A program made the position numbers and the translations under genes. From a virus (taxonomy: Duplodnaviria; Caudoviricetes): a stretch of DNA of 28,233 bases. This document shows, one piece after another, positions 1-8,792 of the stretch. Within the stretch, counting starts at the first letter, position 1; every line of letters starts with the position of its first letter. The stretch is taken from positions 1 to 28,233 of the IMG/VR virus record IMGVR_UViG_3300012940_001453. One strand, written 5' to 3'. Under the pieces are notes generated by a model. It worked only from the letters and a program-made list of their open reading frames with translations, was not told where the DNA came from and searched no databases.

Positions 1-753
1 ATGGTCGCGCCGTCTCCGAAGTTCCTCAAGTCCCATCCCGTCACCGCCAAGTGGGAAGGCGACTGGTCCGATCATCCCGAGGACCGGGGCGGCAAGACCA
101 AATACGGCATCACCCAGCCGCCGTTCGACCAGTGGAACGACATGCGTGGCTATCCCCGCCGACCGGTCGCCACCATCACCAGGGCCGAGGCCACCCAGCT
201 CTTTTTCGATGACTACTGGACGGCGGCGCGTTGCGAGGGCCTCGTGCCGGGCGTCGACCTCGCCACCTATGACGCCGCGGTCAATTCCGGAGTGAGCCGT
301 GCCCGCAAGTGGCTGCTCGCCTCGCTCGATCCGAAGAACGACCACGTCAAGACCATCAAGGGCATCTGCGCCAGGCGGCTGGGCTTCGTCCAAGGGCTCT
401 CGAACTGGAAGACATTCGGGCGCGGCTGGAGCAACCGCATTGCCGACATCCAGGCCACGGCAGTGGCCTTCGCGCTCGCCGCTGCCAACGACAATCCCGT
501 GGTGGTCGCGCACCTGGAGGAAGAAGCGAACCGCAAGGGCAAGGTGGCGGTGCGCCAGGCAACCGCCGCCAGCGGGTCGGCGCCGGCCGGCGCCGGTGCC
601 CTGGTCGGCGGCCACCTAGCCGACTGGTTCATGGTCGGCCTCGGGGCTGGCCTCATCGGGCTTGCCCTCTTCCTGGTCTGGCGCACGACCGTCAACCGCG
701 ACCAGGCCAAGGCCTTTGCCGACAAGGCCGGAGAGCTCGCCCATGCAGCTTGA
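1..753 (+). CDS. Endolysin, glycoside hydrolase family 108, with PG-binding segment and C-terminal hydrophobic helix
   Basis: WEGDWSDHPEDRGGKTKYGIT matches the GH108 EGGxxxxPxDxGGxTxYGIT motif. YDAAVNSG present. WKTFGRGWSNRI is PG_binding_3-like. Confidence 0.88.
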   Translation: MVAPSPKFLKSHPVTAKWEGDWSDHPEDRGGKTKYGITQPPFDQWNDMRGYPRRPVATITRAEATQLFFDDYWTAARCEGLVPGVDLATYDAAVNSGVSRARKWLLASLDPKNDHVKTIKGICARRLGFVQGLSNWKTFGRGWSNRIADIQATAVAFALAAANDNPVVVAHLEEEANRKGKVAVRQATAASGSAPAGAGALVGGHLADWFMVGLGAGLIGLALFLVWRTTVNRDQAKAFADKAGELAHAA

Positions 754-1321
754 ACAGGTTCTCCTCAGCCTGGGTGCGCCGATCCTGGCGACCATTATTT
801 CCAACAAGTTCGGCAAGGATGCGGGCGACCTTTCGCGCGTGGCCATCGAGGCGCTGGCGGAGGCCTTCGGCGTCCAGCCGACGCGCACGGCCATCGAGGA
901 TGCGGTGTTGCCCGGCGGCCCCGTGGTCGCCGAGCGGGTGGCGCAGGCCGAAGCGCGCATGGACCAGCTCATCCTCGCCCAGGCCGAGCTCCAGCGCGCC
1001 GGCAACGAACAGCAGGCAAAGACCAACGAGCTGCTGCTGGCTCCTCTTGATGCCGACAAGCCGACCTGGACCTGGTCGTGGCTCTACGCCTGGCAATGGT
1101 TCCTCATGGTCATCTGGGCCTGGACGCTGGTTCTCGTCCATGTAGCCAATGCCGGCCTGCGCCTGGCCGGCGAGTTCGGGGGCCTTCCGGCTCCGGACGT
1201 GCCCCAGCTCCTTACCCTTACGACCCTCTATCTCGGCCTTCACATGGGCGGCCACACCGTCCTCGAAATCGTGCGCAACGGCTTCGGCGGGCTGTTCTCG
1301 CGTAAGGGGGGCGCCGAGTGA
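743..1321 (+). CDS. Holin-like membrane protein
   Basis: ATG at 743 after GGAGAG overlaps the endolysin end. Two C-terminal hydrophobic segments (WLYAWQWFLMVIWAWTLVLV; LLTLTTLYLGLHMGGHT). Confidence 0.6.
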   Translation: MQLEQVLLSLGAPILATIISNKFGKDAGDLSRVAIEALAEAFGVQPTRTAIEDAVLPGGPVVAERVAQAEARMDQLILAQAELQRAGNEQQAKTNELLLAPLDADKPTWTWSWLYAWQWFLMVIWAWTLVLVHVANAGLRLAGEFGGLPAPDVPQLLTLTTLYLGLHMGGHTVLEIVRNGFGGLFSRKGGAE

Positions 1322-1644
1322 TGGAAGACGCATTGCGCGCCTGGGTGCCGTTGCTGCTCTCCATGGTCTCCCTGGGCGGGGCGCTGTGGTCGCTCCTGCA
1401 GAGCCCCGCCAAGAAGAACGCCGACGCCCTGGCAAAGACCAACGACAAGGTCGAGGCGATGGACCGTCGGGTGAGCACCATCGAGAGCGAAATGCGCCAC
1501 CTGCCTGACCGGGACGCCACCCACCGCCTGGAAATTTCTATCGCCGAGCTCAACGGGCGGCTCTCGACGCTCGACGAGCGCCTGAAGCCCGTCGCCGCAA
1601 TTTCCGAACGCATGCAGGAGCTCTTGCTTCGAGGTGAACGCTGA
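1318..1644 (+). CDS. DUF2730-like protein (Mu gp25-like): N-terminal TM plus coiled coil
   Basis: TM helix followed by RVSTIESEMRHLP...HRLEISIAELNG...MQELLL. Typical position. Start is 1318 (GTG) or 1321 (ATG). Confidence 0.75.
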   Translation: MMEDALRAWVPLLLSMVSLGGALWSLLQSPAKKNADALAKTNDKVEAMDRRVSTIESEMRHLPDRDATHRLEISIAELNGRLSTLDERLKPVAAISERMQELLLRGER

Positions 1645-1946
1645 TGGTCGACATGGATAGCCTCATCCGGGAGCAGGCCCGGCTCGTCATCCTCAAGGCC
1701 CTGGCCGCGCAGCCTGACGAAACCCTCAACTCCGACCTCATGGCACCCGAGCTGGAAGTGTTCGGCATCCGCCGGCCGCGCGCCTGGCTGCACGGCGAGT
1801 TCGAATGGCTGGCCGAAATGGGCGCCGTCACCTGCCGGCCGGCAGGCACCATCATGGTCGCCACGCTGACCGAAAAAGGCCACCGGCACCTGCAGCGGGA
1901 AATCGCCATCGAGGGCGTCAAGCGCCCGTCGCGCCCGGGGGAGTGA
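1644..1946 (+). CDS. Mu gp26-like winged-helix protein
   Basis: ARLVILKALA...LN...EWLAEMGAV...VATLTEKG...GVKRPSRP, with synteny. Confidence 0.75.
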   Translation: MVDMDSLIREQARLVILKALAAQPDETLNSDLMAPELEVFGIRRPRAWLHGEFEWLAEMGAVTCRPAGTIMVATLTEKGHRHLQREIAIEGVKRPSRPGE

Positions 1947-1950
1947 ACCG

Positions 1951-2583
1951 ATGGAAAAGCGGGGACGTGGCCGGCTCTCGTCGGTCGATCTGCTGCCGCC
2001 CGAGGCCGGCGACATCATCGTGTGGGCGGCCCAGGAGCTCTCGGCCCGCAATCGCACGCTCACCGACATCTATGCCGAGTTCCGGGACAAGCTGATTGCC
2101 CTGCAGGGGGAACAGGGGCTGGCCTTCGACATCCCCGCCTTCTCGTCTTTCCACCGTTACTCGGTGCGCCAGGCGGTTCTCGCCAGACGGCTCGAGGAGA
2201 CGCGGGCGATATCGTCCAACCTCGCGCAGCGCCTGGATGGCCTGGCCAGCGAGGACATGACCGTGATGGTGGTCGAAAGCCTCAAGACGCTGGTGTTCGA
2301 GATCATCGACCGCGGTGGCGAAGCCGGCTTCTCGCCCAAACAGGCCATGGAAATGGCGCGGGCGGTGCAATCCCTAGTGGCGACATCGCGCTTGTCCGAC
2401 GCGCACCGCACCAAGCTCCAGGCCGCCATCGACGCTTCGGCCGAGGACGCCATCGAGAAAGCCGCCGTGGTCGCCCAGGAGGCCGGCGTTTCTGCCGAGC
2501 GCATTGCCCAGATGCGCCGGGATTTCCTTGGAGTGCGGCCGAGGAAGGATGGCGACGCGCTCAAGCTGGATACCGACAAATGA
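1951..2583 (+). CDS. DUF3486 / Mu gp27-like terminase small subunit
   Basis: GRGRLSSVDLLP N-terminus and SSFHRYS. Lies upstream of the large terminase. Confidence 0.8.
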   Translation: MEKRGRGRLSSVDLLPPEAGDIIVWAAQELSARNRTLTDIYAEFRDKLIALQGEQGLAFDIPAFSSFHRYSVRQAVLARRLEETRAISSNLAQRLDGLASEDMTVMVVESLKTLVFEIIDRGGEAGFSPKQAMEMARAVQSLVATSRLSDAHRTKLQAAIDASAEDAIEKAAVVAQEAGVSAERIAQMRRDFLGVRPRKDGDALKLDTDK

Positions 2584-2867
2584 GCTGGCGTCAGCGTGCG
2601 GACCAGATCATCGCCAGTGTGGATGCGGCCCTGCCGGCCGACGCCGACCTGAAAGCCCGGAGGCGTGCGCTGCGCGCGGCCCGGCCATGGGACTTCGCCG
2701 GGACGAGCTGGGGTCGCAAGGTCTGGGGAGCGGCGGCGCGCCAGTACCTGGAGCGTTATGGCGACGGCCGTGCCCCCTCGATGCGAGGGCTGCCGCTCTC
2801 GCCGCTTGAAAGGATGCAAGCCAGGGCCGAACGGCGCCTGGGCAAAGCCCGGAGTTCGTCGACATGA
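2580..2867 (+). CDS. Hypothetical basic protein
   Basis: ATGA overlaps with both neighbours. MSWRQRADQII...SWGRKVW. Confidence 0.6.
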   Translation: MSWRQRADQIIASVDAALPADADLKARRRALRAARPWDFAGTSWGRKVWGAAARQYLERYGDGRAPSMRGLPLSPLERMQARAERRLGKARSSST

Positions 2868-3064
2868 ACGATGCAAAGGTCAAGGTGACCATAAGGCGCC
2901 CGGTCGAGCAGAAAGTTGCCGGGCCGCAGTCCTGCCCGAAATGTGCCGGCATCGGCCTGGTGCTCAAGCGCGTCTACCGCCGCCGCAATCGTTCGGTCTC
3001 CTCGATGGTCTTTGACCTCGACAGAAAGTGCCCGCATTGTCAGGGCACGGGGCGCCAGCCGTGA
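2864..3064 (+). CDS. Small zinc-finger protein (two CxxCxGxG repeats)
   Basis: CPKCAGIG and CPHCQGTG. ATGA and GTGA coupling to neighbours. Confidence 0.65.
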   Translation: MNDAKVKVTIRRPVEQKVAGPQSCPKCAGIGLVLKRVYRRRNRSVSSMVFDLDRKCPHCQGTGRQP

Positions 3065-4743
3065 CGACGCCCTTGCCCGAAATGCGCTTCACCGACCCGG
3101 TCTTGCCGCGCGTCCCCGAGCAGCTTCCCGAGGAGCTGACGCATGGCGGCCAGATTCCCGAGGACCTGGACCCTCTGGCCGAGGGCATCCTAATGGCTCA
3201 CCAGGCCGAGTGGATCGCAGACACCTCGGACTTGAAGCTGGGGGAGAAAGGGCGCCGGACAGGCATCACCTTTGCCGAAGCGCTCGACATGACGCTGATC
3301 GCCATGGCGCGGCGTTCGGCCGGCGGCATGAACTGTTTCTATATCGGCGACACACGCGATAAGGGCCGCGAGTTCATCGGCTACGTCGCCCACTTCGCCC
3401 GCACGGTCGCCAAGGAACTGGTGGCGGTCGAGGAGACGGTTTTCCTCGACCAGCGCGCGGACGGCACCGTCAACAACATCCCTTCGCTGCGCTGCCAGTT
3501 CGCCTCGGGTTTTCGTGTCGAAGCCCTGTCTTCTCGACCCGACAACATCCGCGGCCTGCAGGGGGCTGTCTGTATCGATGAAGCCGCGTTCCACAAGGAC
3601 GTGGCTCTGGTGCTCGATGCGGTCAACGCGCTGCTCATCTGGGGCGGCAAAATCCGCATTATCTCCACCCACAACGGGGTGCTGAACCCGTTCAACGAAC
3701 TGATCCGACAGGTGAAGGCGACCAGCAACCCGCCCTATAGCCAGCACTTCATTCCGTTTTCGAAGGCCGTTCAAAACGGGCTCTATGAGCGCACGTGCCT
3801 GGTCACGGGGCGCATCCCGACGCCCGAGGGCAAGGCGGCCTGGGAAAGGAAAATCCGCTCCTCCTATGGCGTGCGCGAGGCGGCGATGCGCCAGGAGCTC
3901 GATTGCATCCCAGCCGAGCAGGAAGGCGCGGCGCTGACCCGGGTGCAAATCGAAGCCTGCATGATCGATCACGTCCCGATTGTCCGCTGGGTGCTGCCCG
4001 ACGCCTTCCGCGACATGCCCGAGCACATCCGCAAGGTCGAGACGCGGGACTGGTGCGAAAAGCACCTCCTGCCGCTTCTGGCCAAGCTCGATCCCGACCG
4101 GCCGCATTATTTCGGCGAAGACTTTGCCCGCAAGGGCGATGCCACCGCCATCCTGATCGGCGCCGAGGAGCGCAACCTGACGCGCAGATCCCGGCTCCTG
4201 GTCGAGCTGCGCAACGTCCCGTTCGAAACCCAGCGCGACGTGCTGTTCTACCTCATCGAGCGCCTGCCGCGTTTCTCGGGCGGGGCGTGCGACGCCAACG
4301 GCAACGGCGCTTATATCGCCGAAGTCGCCCGCCAGCGCTTCGGCGCCCGGGTGCTGGAGGTCAAGGCCTCGGCCGAGTGGTACCGCATCAATTCGGTGCC
4401 TTATGTCGAGGCGATCGGCGACCGCACCATGTTGCTGCCGCGCGACGCGGACGTGCTGCGCGACCACCAGGCGCTCGCCTATGTCAACGGCATCATCAAG
4501 GTTCCTGACGATATGCGCTTCAAGGGCGAGGACGGCCTGGAGCGGCACGGGGACTCCGCCATTGCCGGCCTCATGTTCTGGTTCGCTACCAGCCAGGGCG
4601 CGGTCGAATACGACTATCAGGCGGTCAAGCCGCAGGACGCGGACCAATCGGGCCCGAAGGAAAGACCGGCGCGGGAGGAGGATGCGTTGCGCGACCCCTT
4701 CCAGCCGCCACTCGGCGCCGTGCTCAGAGGGAGCGTGTTCTAG
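3061..4743 (+). CDS. Terminase large subunit (Mu gp28-like)
   Basis: Walker A KGRRTGIT, Walker B VCIDEAAFH, coupling motif IISTHNG, nuclease motifs GEDFARKGD and HGDSAIA. GTG start overlaps the upstream stop. Confidence 0.93.
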   Translation: MTTPLPEMRFTDPVLPRVPEQLPEELTHGGQIPEDLDPLAEGILMAHQAEWIADTSDLKLGEKGRRTGITFAEALDMTLIAMARRSAGGMNCFYIGDTRDKGREFIGYVAHFARTVAKELVAVEETVFLDQRADGTVNNIPSLRCQFASGFRVEALSSRPDNIRGLQGAVCIDEAAFHKDVALVLDAVNALLIWGGKIRIISTHNGVLNPFNELIRQVKATSNPPYSQHFIPFSKAVQNGLYERTCLVTGRIPTPEGKAAWERKIRSSYGVREAAMRQELDCIPAEQEGAALTRVQIEACMIDHVPIVRWVLPDAFRDMPEHIRKVETRDWCEKHLLPLLAKLDPDRPHYFGEDFARKGDATAILIGAEERNLTRRSRLLVELRNVPFETQRDVLFYLIERLPRFSGGACDANGNGAYIAEVARQRFGARVLEVKASAEWYRINSVPYVEAIGDRTMLLPRDADVLRDHQALAYVNGIIKVPDDMRFKGEDGLERHGDSAIAGLMFWFATSQGAVEYDYQAVKPQDADQSGPKERPAREEDALRDPFQPPLGAVLRGSVF

Positions 4744-4746
4744 GAA

Positions 4747-6321
4747 ATGGCAGAGTTCTACAAAGCCCTGGTCGACCACCGGGGCCGGCCCATCGAGAAG
4801 AAGGTCCTCACCCAGGAGATTGCCGGTCCCTCCCTCACGGGCGTCCGCTCGCCGCTGTCGGGCACACCGGGGGACGGCCTCAACCCCGTGCGGCTGGCCA
4901 CGATCCTGCGCGATGCCGACCAGGGCAATCCCCAGCGGCAGCTTGAGCTCGCCGAGGTGATCGAGGAGCGGGACCTGCATTACCTGGGCGTGCTCGGAAC
5001 GCGGCGGCGCGCCGTCAGCCAGTTGGAGGTCACCGTAGAGGCCGCGAGCGAGGATGCCGGCGATGTCGAGCTCGCCGACATGGTGCGCGACTGGCTGCAG
5101 CGCGACGAGCTGCAGGACGAGCTCTTCGATATGCTCGATGCCATCGGCAAGGGCGTCTCCTTTACCGAGATCATCTGGGACACTTCGGAAGGCCAGTGGC
5201 TCCCCCAGCGCTTGGAATGGCGTAACCCGGCATGGTTCAAGGCCGATCGCCACGACCTCACCACGCCAATGCTCATCGGGGAAGGCGGCGAGCTGGAGCC
5301 GCTGCCGGGCGGCAAGTTCATCTGTGCCAATATCAAGGCCAAGTCCGGCCTGCCGCTGCGTTCGGGCCTGGCTCGGGTCGTTACCTGGGCCTGGATGTTC
5401 AAGGCCTTCGCCAACCGGGATTGGGCCATCTTCATCCAGAACTACGGCCAGCCCATCCGCATCGGCAAATATGGCTCGGGGGCCAGCCAGAAGGAAAAGG
5501 ACACCCTGTTCCAGGCGGTGGCCAACATCGCCGGCGACTGCGCGGCCATTATCCCCGAGTCCATGGTGATCGAGTTCGAAAGCGCCTCGGCCGCCAGCAC
5601 CACCGCGTCCGGCGACCTTTACCTGCAGCGCGCCAACTGGCTCGACCAGCAGGTGAGCAAGGCCGTGCTGGGCCAGACCGCCACCACCGACGCCATTGCC
5701 GGCGGGCATGCCGTGGGCAAGGAACATCGGCAGGTCCAGGAAGACATCGAGCGGGCCGACGCCAAGGCCCTGGCGGCCGTTATCAACCGTGACCTCATCC
5801 GGCCGTGGGTGCTCCTCGAGCGCGGGGCCGGCGTGGCGTTTCCGCGCCTCAAGATCGGCCGCAGCGAGGAAAAGGATGTGGAGCTCACGGTCAATTCCGT
5901 GGCCAGGCTCGTTCCCCTGGGCCTGCGTGTGTCCCAGTCCACCATGCGCGACATCATCGGCGTGCCCGAGCCCCAGAAGGGTGACGAGCTGCTGGGCCAG
6001 CCTGCTAGCGCCTCGCCCCCCGGCCAGGACAAGCCGGGCGAGCCGGCGCCGGAGCCCGAGACGCCGCCGGCGATGCATGCGGCCCGGGTCATTCCTGATG
6101 CCGGCGCCATCGCCCAGGAGGCAAACGGGCTGGCGGCCGCCGCTGAGGCCGCCTTGCTGGACGCCATTGCCGGGATCGTTGCGGCCACCGCGACGGCCGA
6201 GGACCGCGATGCCGCCATTCGCGCGCGCTGGCCTGGTCTGGCTCCCACCGAGCTCAAGGGCTTGATGGCCCGGGCGCTGGCGCTGGCGGAGCTCGCGGGG
6301 CGCGTCGATGCCGGCGGTTGA
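4747..6321 (+). CDS. Portal protein (DUF935, Mu gp29-like)
   Basis: EERDLHYLGVLGTRRRAV, DWAIFIQNYGQPIRIGKY, QVSKAVLGQTATT, EHRQVQEDI. Confidence 0.93.
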   Translation: MAEFYKALVDHRGRPIEKKVLTQEIAGPSLTGVRSPLSGTPGDGLNPVRLATILRDADQGNPQRQLELAEVIEERDLHYLGVLGTRRRAVSQLEVTVEAASEDAGDVELADMVRDWLQRDELQDELFDMLDAIGKGVSFTEIIWDTSEGQWLPQRLEWRNPAWFKADRHDLTTPMLIGEGGELEPLPGGKFICANIKAKSGLPLRSGLARVVTWAWMFKAFANRDWAIFIQNYGQPIRIGKYGSGASQKEKDTLFQAVANIAGDCAAIIPESMVIEFESASAASTTASGDLYLQRANWLDQQVSKAVLGQTATTDAIAGGHAVGKEHRQVQEDIERADAKALAAVINRDLIRPWVLLERGAGVAFPRLKIGRSEEKDVELTVNSVARLVPLGLRVSQSTMRDIIGVPEPQKGDELLGQPASASPPGQDKPGEPAPEPETPPAMHAARVIPDAGAIAQEANGLAAAAEAALLDAIAGIVAATATAEDRDAAIRARWPGLAPTELKGLMARALALAELAGRVDAGG

Positions 6322-6982
6322 GCTCCGGCCGCTTCCCTTCCAGGAAGCCATCGACTACCTGCGCCATCGCCTCGGGCTCTCCGAATCGGATTGGGCCGCG
6401 GTCATGCGCGGCGCCACCGCCGCGGCCGACGCCGCCATTGACCGCCAGATGGATGCCATGCGCCGGGACATGGTCGCCGCGATCGTCGAGATCTTCGAGG
6501 CTGGCGGCACCGTCGCCGATTTCCGCGACCAGTACGATGCCATTGCAGAGCGCTACGGCTGGACCTCGGCCGGCGATCCGGGCTGGCACTCACGCCTCAT
6601 CTGGCGGATGGAGGCCTTCGGCGCGCGGGCGGCCGGCCGCTGGGAACAGGGCCAGCGCCTGCAGCGGGCGAGCCCTGGGCGGCGCTACTATTTCCGCTAC
6701 GTCACCGCGGACGATGAGCGCGTGCGGCCGGCGCATGCCGCCTGGCACGGCATCATCCTGCCTGTCGATCACTGGTTCTGGCTGACCCATTGGCCGCCCA
6801 ACGGCTTCAACTGCCGCTGCGATATCGTCATCGTCACCGACCGCGACCTGTTGCGCTATGGCTGGGAGGTGACCGCGGACGATGACCCGCGCCTGGCCAA
6901 TCCACCGGACGATGGGTTTTCGGGCAATGTCGGCCTGGACTGGCAGCGGCTGCGCGGGGACAGCGCCGCGACCGAAAAATAG
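6308..6982 (+). CDS. Head morphogenesis protein (Mu gpF / SPP1 gp7 family)
   Basis: LPFQEAIDYLR and YVTADDERVRPAHAAWHG...FW...PPNGFNCRC. Confidence 0.9.
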   Translation: MPAVELRPLPFQEAIDYLRHRLGLSESDWAAVMRGATAAADAAIDRQMDAMRRDMVAAIVEIFEAGGTVADFRDQYDAIAERYGWTSAGDPGWHSRLIWRMEAFGARAAGRWEQGQRLQRASPGRRYYFRYVTADDERVRPAHAAWHGIILPVDHWFWLTHWPPNGFNCRCDIVIVTDRDLLRYGWEVTADDDPRLANPPDDGFSGNVGLDWQRLRGDSAATEK

Positions 6983-7089
6983 TTTGTAGCGAGGTCGAGC
7001 CGCGTTTAACGACCGCTGCATAAGCAAACGCCGCATCTGGACATTTCCCCCGCCGGAAGCGATCAGGAGCCGTCTGCGGCCCTTTGAGG

Positions 7090-7110
7090 GGCTTCGAAAC
7101 GGCTTCGAAA
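7090..7110. repeat. Tandem direct repeat GGCTTCGAAA x2 (11-bp period)
   Basis: GGCTTCGAAA-C-GGCTTCGAAA. Each unit contains the palindrome TTCGAA. Confidence 0.5.
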
Positions 7111-7118
7111 AAGCGGGG

Positions 7119-7550
7119 ATGGCGATGCACCGGCAAGTGGCGGCATTTTTCTTTGCGGCGGCGCTCCTGATCTTGCCCGGGGCGCCCATTTCCGCCGATC
7201 AGCCGAGCAATGTCGTCTCCGGCTTTTGCCCGGAAGGGCCGCGCGACAATTGCGTGGTTGATGGGGATACCTTCTGGCTCGGCGGCGAAAAGTTCCGCAT
7301 CGCCAATATCGACACGCCCGAGCTTTCGACGCCGCGCTGCAGCGCTGAACGCCGCCTGGCCCAGCGGGCGACCGGCCGTCTCCTGGAGCTCCTCGTCGGA
7401 CAGGACATCGCCATAGAGCGGCGGGGGCTGGACAAGTACGGCCGAACGCTGGCACTGGTCGCTGCGCAGGGCCGCGATGTCGGCGACGTGCTGGTGGCCG
7501 AGGGCCTGGCACGCGTCTGGGGCGGCCGGCGTCTTCCCTGGTGTAAGTAG
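7119..7550 (+). CDS. Thermonuclease (SNase-like) with N-terminal signal or TM segment
   Basis: VVDGDTF, RIANIDTPE, DKYGRTLA, LVAEGLAR. Hydrophobic N-terminus. Confidence 0.9.
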   Translation: MAMHRQVAAFFFAAALLILPGAPISADQPSNVVSGFCPEGPRDNCVVDGDTFWLGGEKFRIANIDTPELSTPRCSAERRLAQRATGRLLELLVGQDIAIERRGLDKYGRTLALVAAQGRDVGDVLVAEGLARVWGGRRLPWCK

Positions 7551-7559
7551 TCCAGGTCA

Positions 7560-7575
7560 CCGGAAGCGTTTCCGG
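7560..7575 (+). promoter_or_regulatory. Imperfect palindrome, candidate late-activator site upstream of protease I
   Basis: CCGGAAGCGTTTCCGG about 40 bp before ATG 7614, the position of the Mu late promoter PI. Confidence 0.4.
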
Positions 7576-7613
7576 GGCGTAAGCCTCTTTGACGTGCTGG
7601 CAGTGTCGCCGGC

Positions 7614-8744
7614 ATGGACAAGAGCGTCAATCAACTCCTCTATTCCCTTCATGCTGTCGGTTCCGCCGCTGGCGGGTCTGAATTTGCCCAGGGCCTGGCC
7701 CCCAACCTCGCCATGTGTTCGGCCCTCAATCTGCCGACCTCCGGCGAGGCCCCGGCCTGGGTTCACCTTCTGCCTGCCGGCGCGGTGATCCGCACCGCTG
7801 ATGGCCGTGGACCCTATCGCCTCACCGATGCGCAGGCCCTCGTCACCGCCTCGCTGCAGGCGGGCGAGCGCCTGGTGCTTGATGAAAACCACTCGACCGA
7901 TCTGGCCGCGCCACAGGGGCTCTCCGCCCCGGCCATGGGCTGGATCGTCGAGCTGCAGAGCCGGGCAGATGGCATCTGGGGAAAAGTGGAGTGGACCGAA
8001 GACGGAAAGCGCCTGGTCGCCGGTCGCGCCTACCGGGGAATTTCCCCGGTGATCGCCCACGACAAGTCCGGCGCCATCGTCGCGATCCTGAGGGCCAGCC
8101 TTGTCAACAAGCCCAACCTCAAGGGCCTCACCACCCTTCACCAGGAGAACGACATGACGCTGCTCAAGCGTATTCTTGAGGCCCTGGGCCTCCCCGAGAC
8201 CACGAGCGAGGACAACCTGGTCGCGGCAGTGACCACGATGCACCAGGCGCAGGGCCAGCACCAGACGGCGCTCCAGGCCCAGCTCGCCCCGATCGGCAAG
8301 GCCGCGGGCCTGACGGAAGGCGCCAGCGTCGAGGCCATCGTGGCTGCGATCGGCACGATGGCGGCCGGCGGCGACGGCAAGACCATCGTCGAGCTGCAGG
8401 CCGAGCTCACCAACGTAACCAACCGCCTCAACGCCCTCACGGACGACACGGCGCGCAAGGCCGCCACCGACTTCGTGGATGGCGCGATCAAAGCCGGCCG
8501 CGTCGGGGTGAAGCCGCTGCGCGATCACTACATCACCCGCCACATGTCCGATGCGGCGTCCGTCGTGAAGGAAATCACCGCTTTGCCGGCTCTGGGCGGA
8601 CGCATGCCCATGGTCGACCCGAGCACCCCGTCCAGCGGTCTCACGGCCGAGCAGGAAGCCGTCATCGAGCGGATGCAGCTCAACCGCGACGACTACCTCA
8701 AGACCCTCCAGGCCGAGCAGGCGCGCTCCGGCGTCCAGCTCTAG
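7614..8744 (+). CDS. Mu-like prohead protease I (with C-terminal scaffold region)
   Basis: WVHLLPAG, DGRGPY, LDENHSTD, APAMGWI, GIWGKVEWT, YRGISPV, ASLVNKPNL. Confidence 0.92.
   Translation: MDKSVNQLLYSLHAVGSAAGGSEFAQGLAPNLAMCSALNLPTSGEAPAWVHLLPAGAVIRTADGRGPYRLTDAQALVTASLQAGERLVLDENHSTDLAAPQGLSAPAMGWIVELQSRADGIWGKVEWTEDGKRLVAGRAYRGISPVIAHDKSGAIVAILRASLVNKPNLKGLTTLHQENDMTLLKRILEALGLPETTSEDNLVAAVTTMHQAQGQHQTALQAQLAPIGKAAGLTEGASVEAIVAAIGTMAAGGDGKTIVELQAELTNVTNRLNALTDDTARKAATDFVDGAIKAGRVGVKPLRDHYITRHMSDAASVVKEITALPALGGRMPMVDPSTPSSGLTAEQEAVIERMQLNRDDYLKTLQAEQARSGVQL
8154..8744 (+). CDS. Nested in-frame scaffolding protein (Mu Z-like)
   Basis: AGGAG SD at 8143-8147 before an in-frame ATG (MTLLKRILEALGL), directly after the protease domain. 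Helical Ala/Glu/Gln-rich product. Confidence 0.7.
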   Translation: MTLLKRILEALGLPETTSEDNLVAAVTTMHQAQGQHQTALQAQLAPIGKAAGLTEGASVEAIVAAIGTMAAGGDGKTIVELQAELTNVTNRLNALTDDTARKAATDFVDGAIKAGRVGVKPLRDHYITRHMSDAASVVKEITALPALGGRMPMVDPSTPSSGLTAEQEAVIERMQLNRDDYLKTLQAEQARSGVQL

Positions 8745-8792
8745 GCCCACCGCAACCGGGCGGCGGGCGCCGCCAAAGGAAGGACTGACACC

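Noticed and set aside
3190-6351. 1053-aa minus-strand ORF
   Set aside because: Antisense shadow of the high-GC terminase and portal genes, with no motifs.
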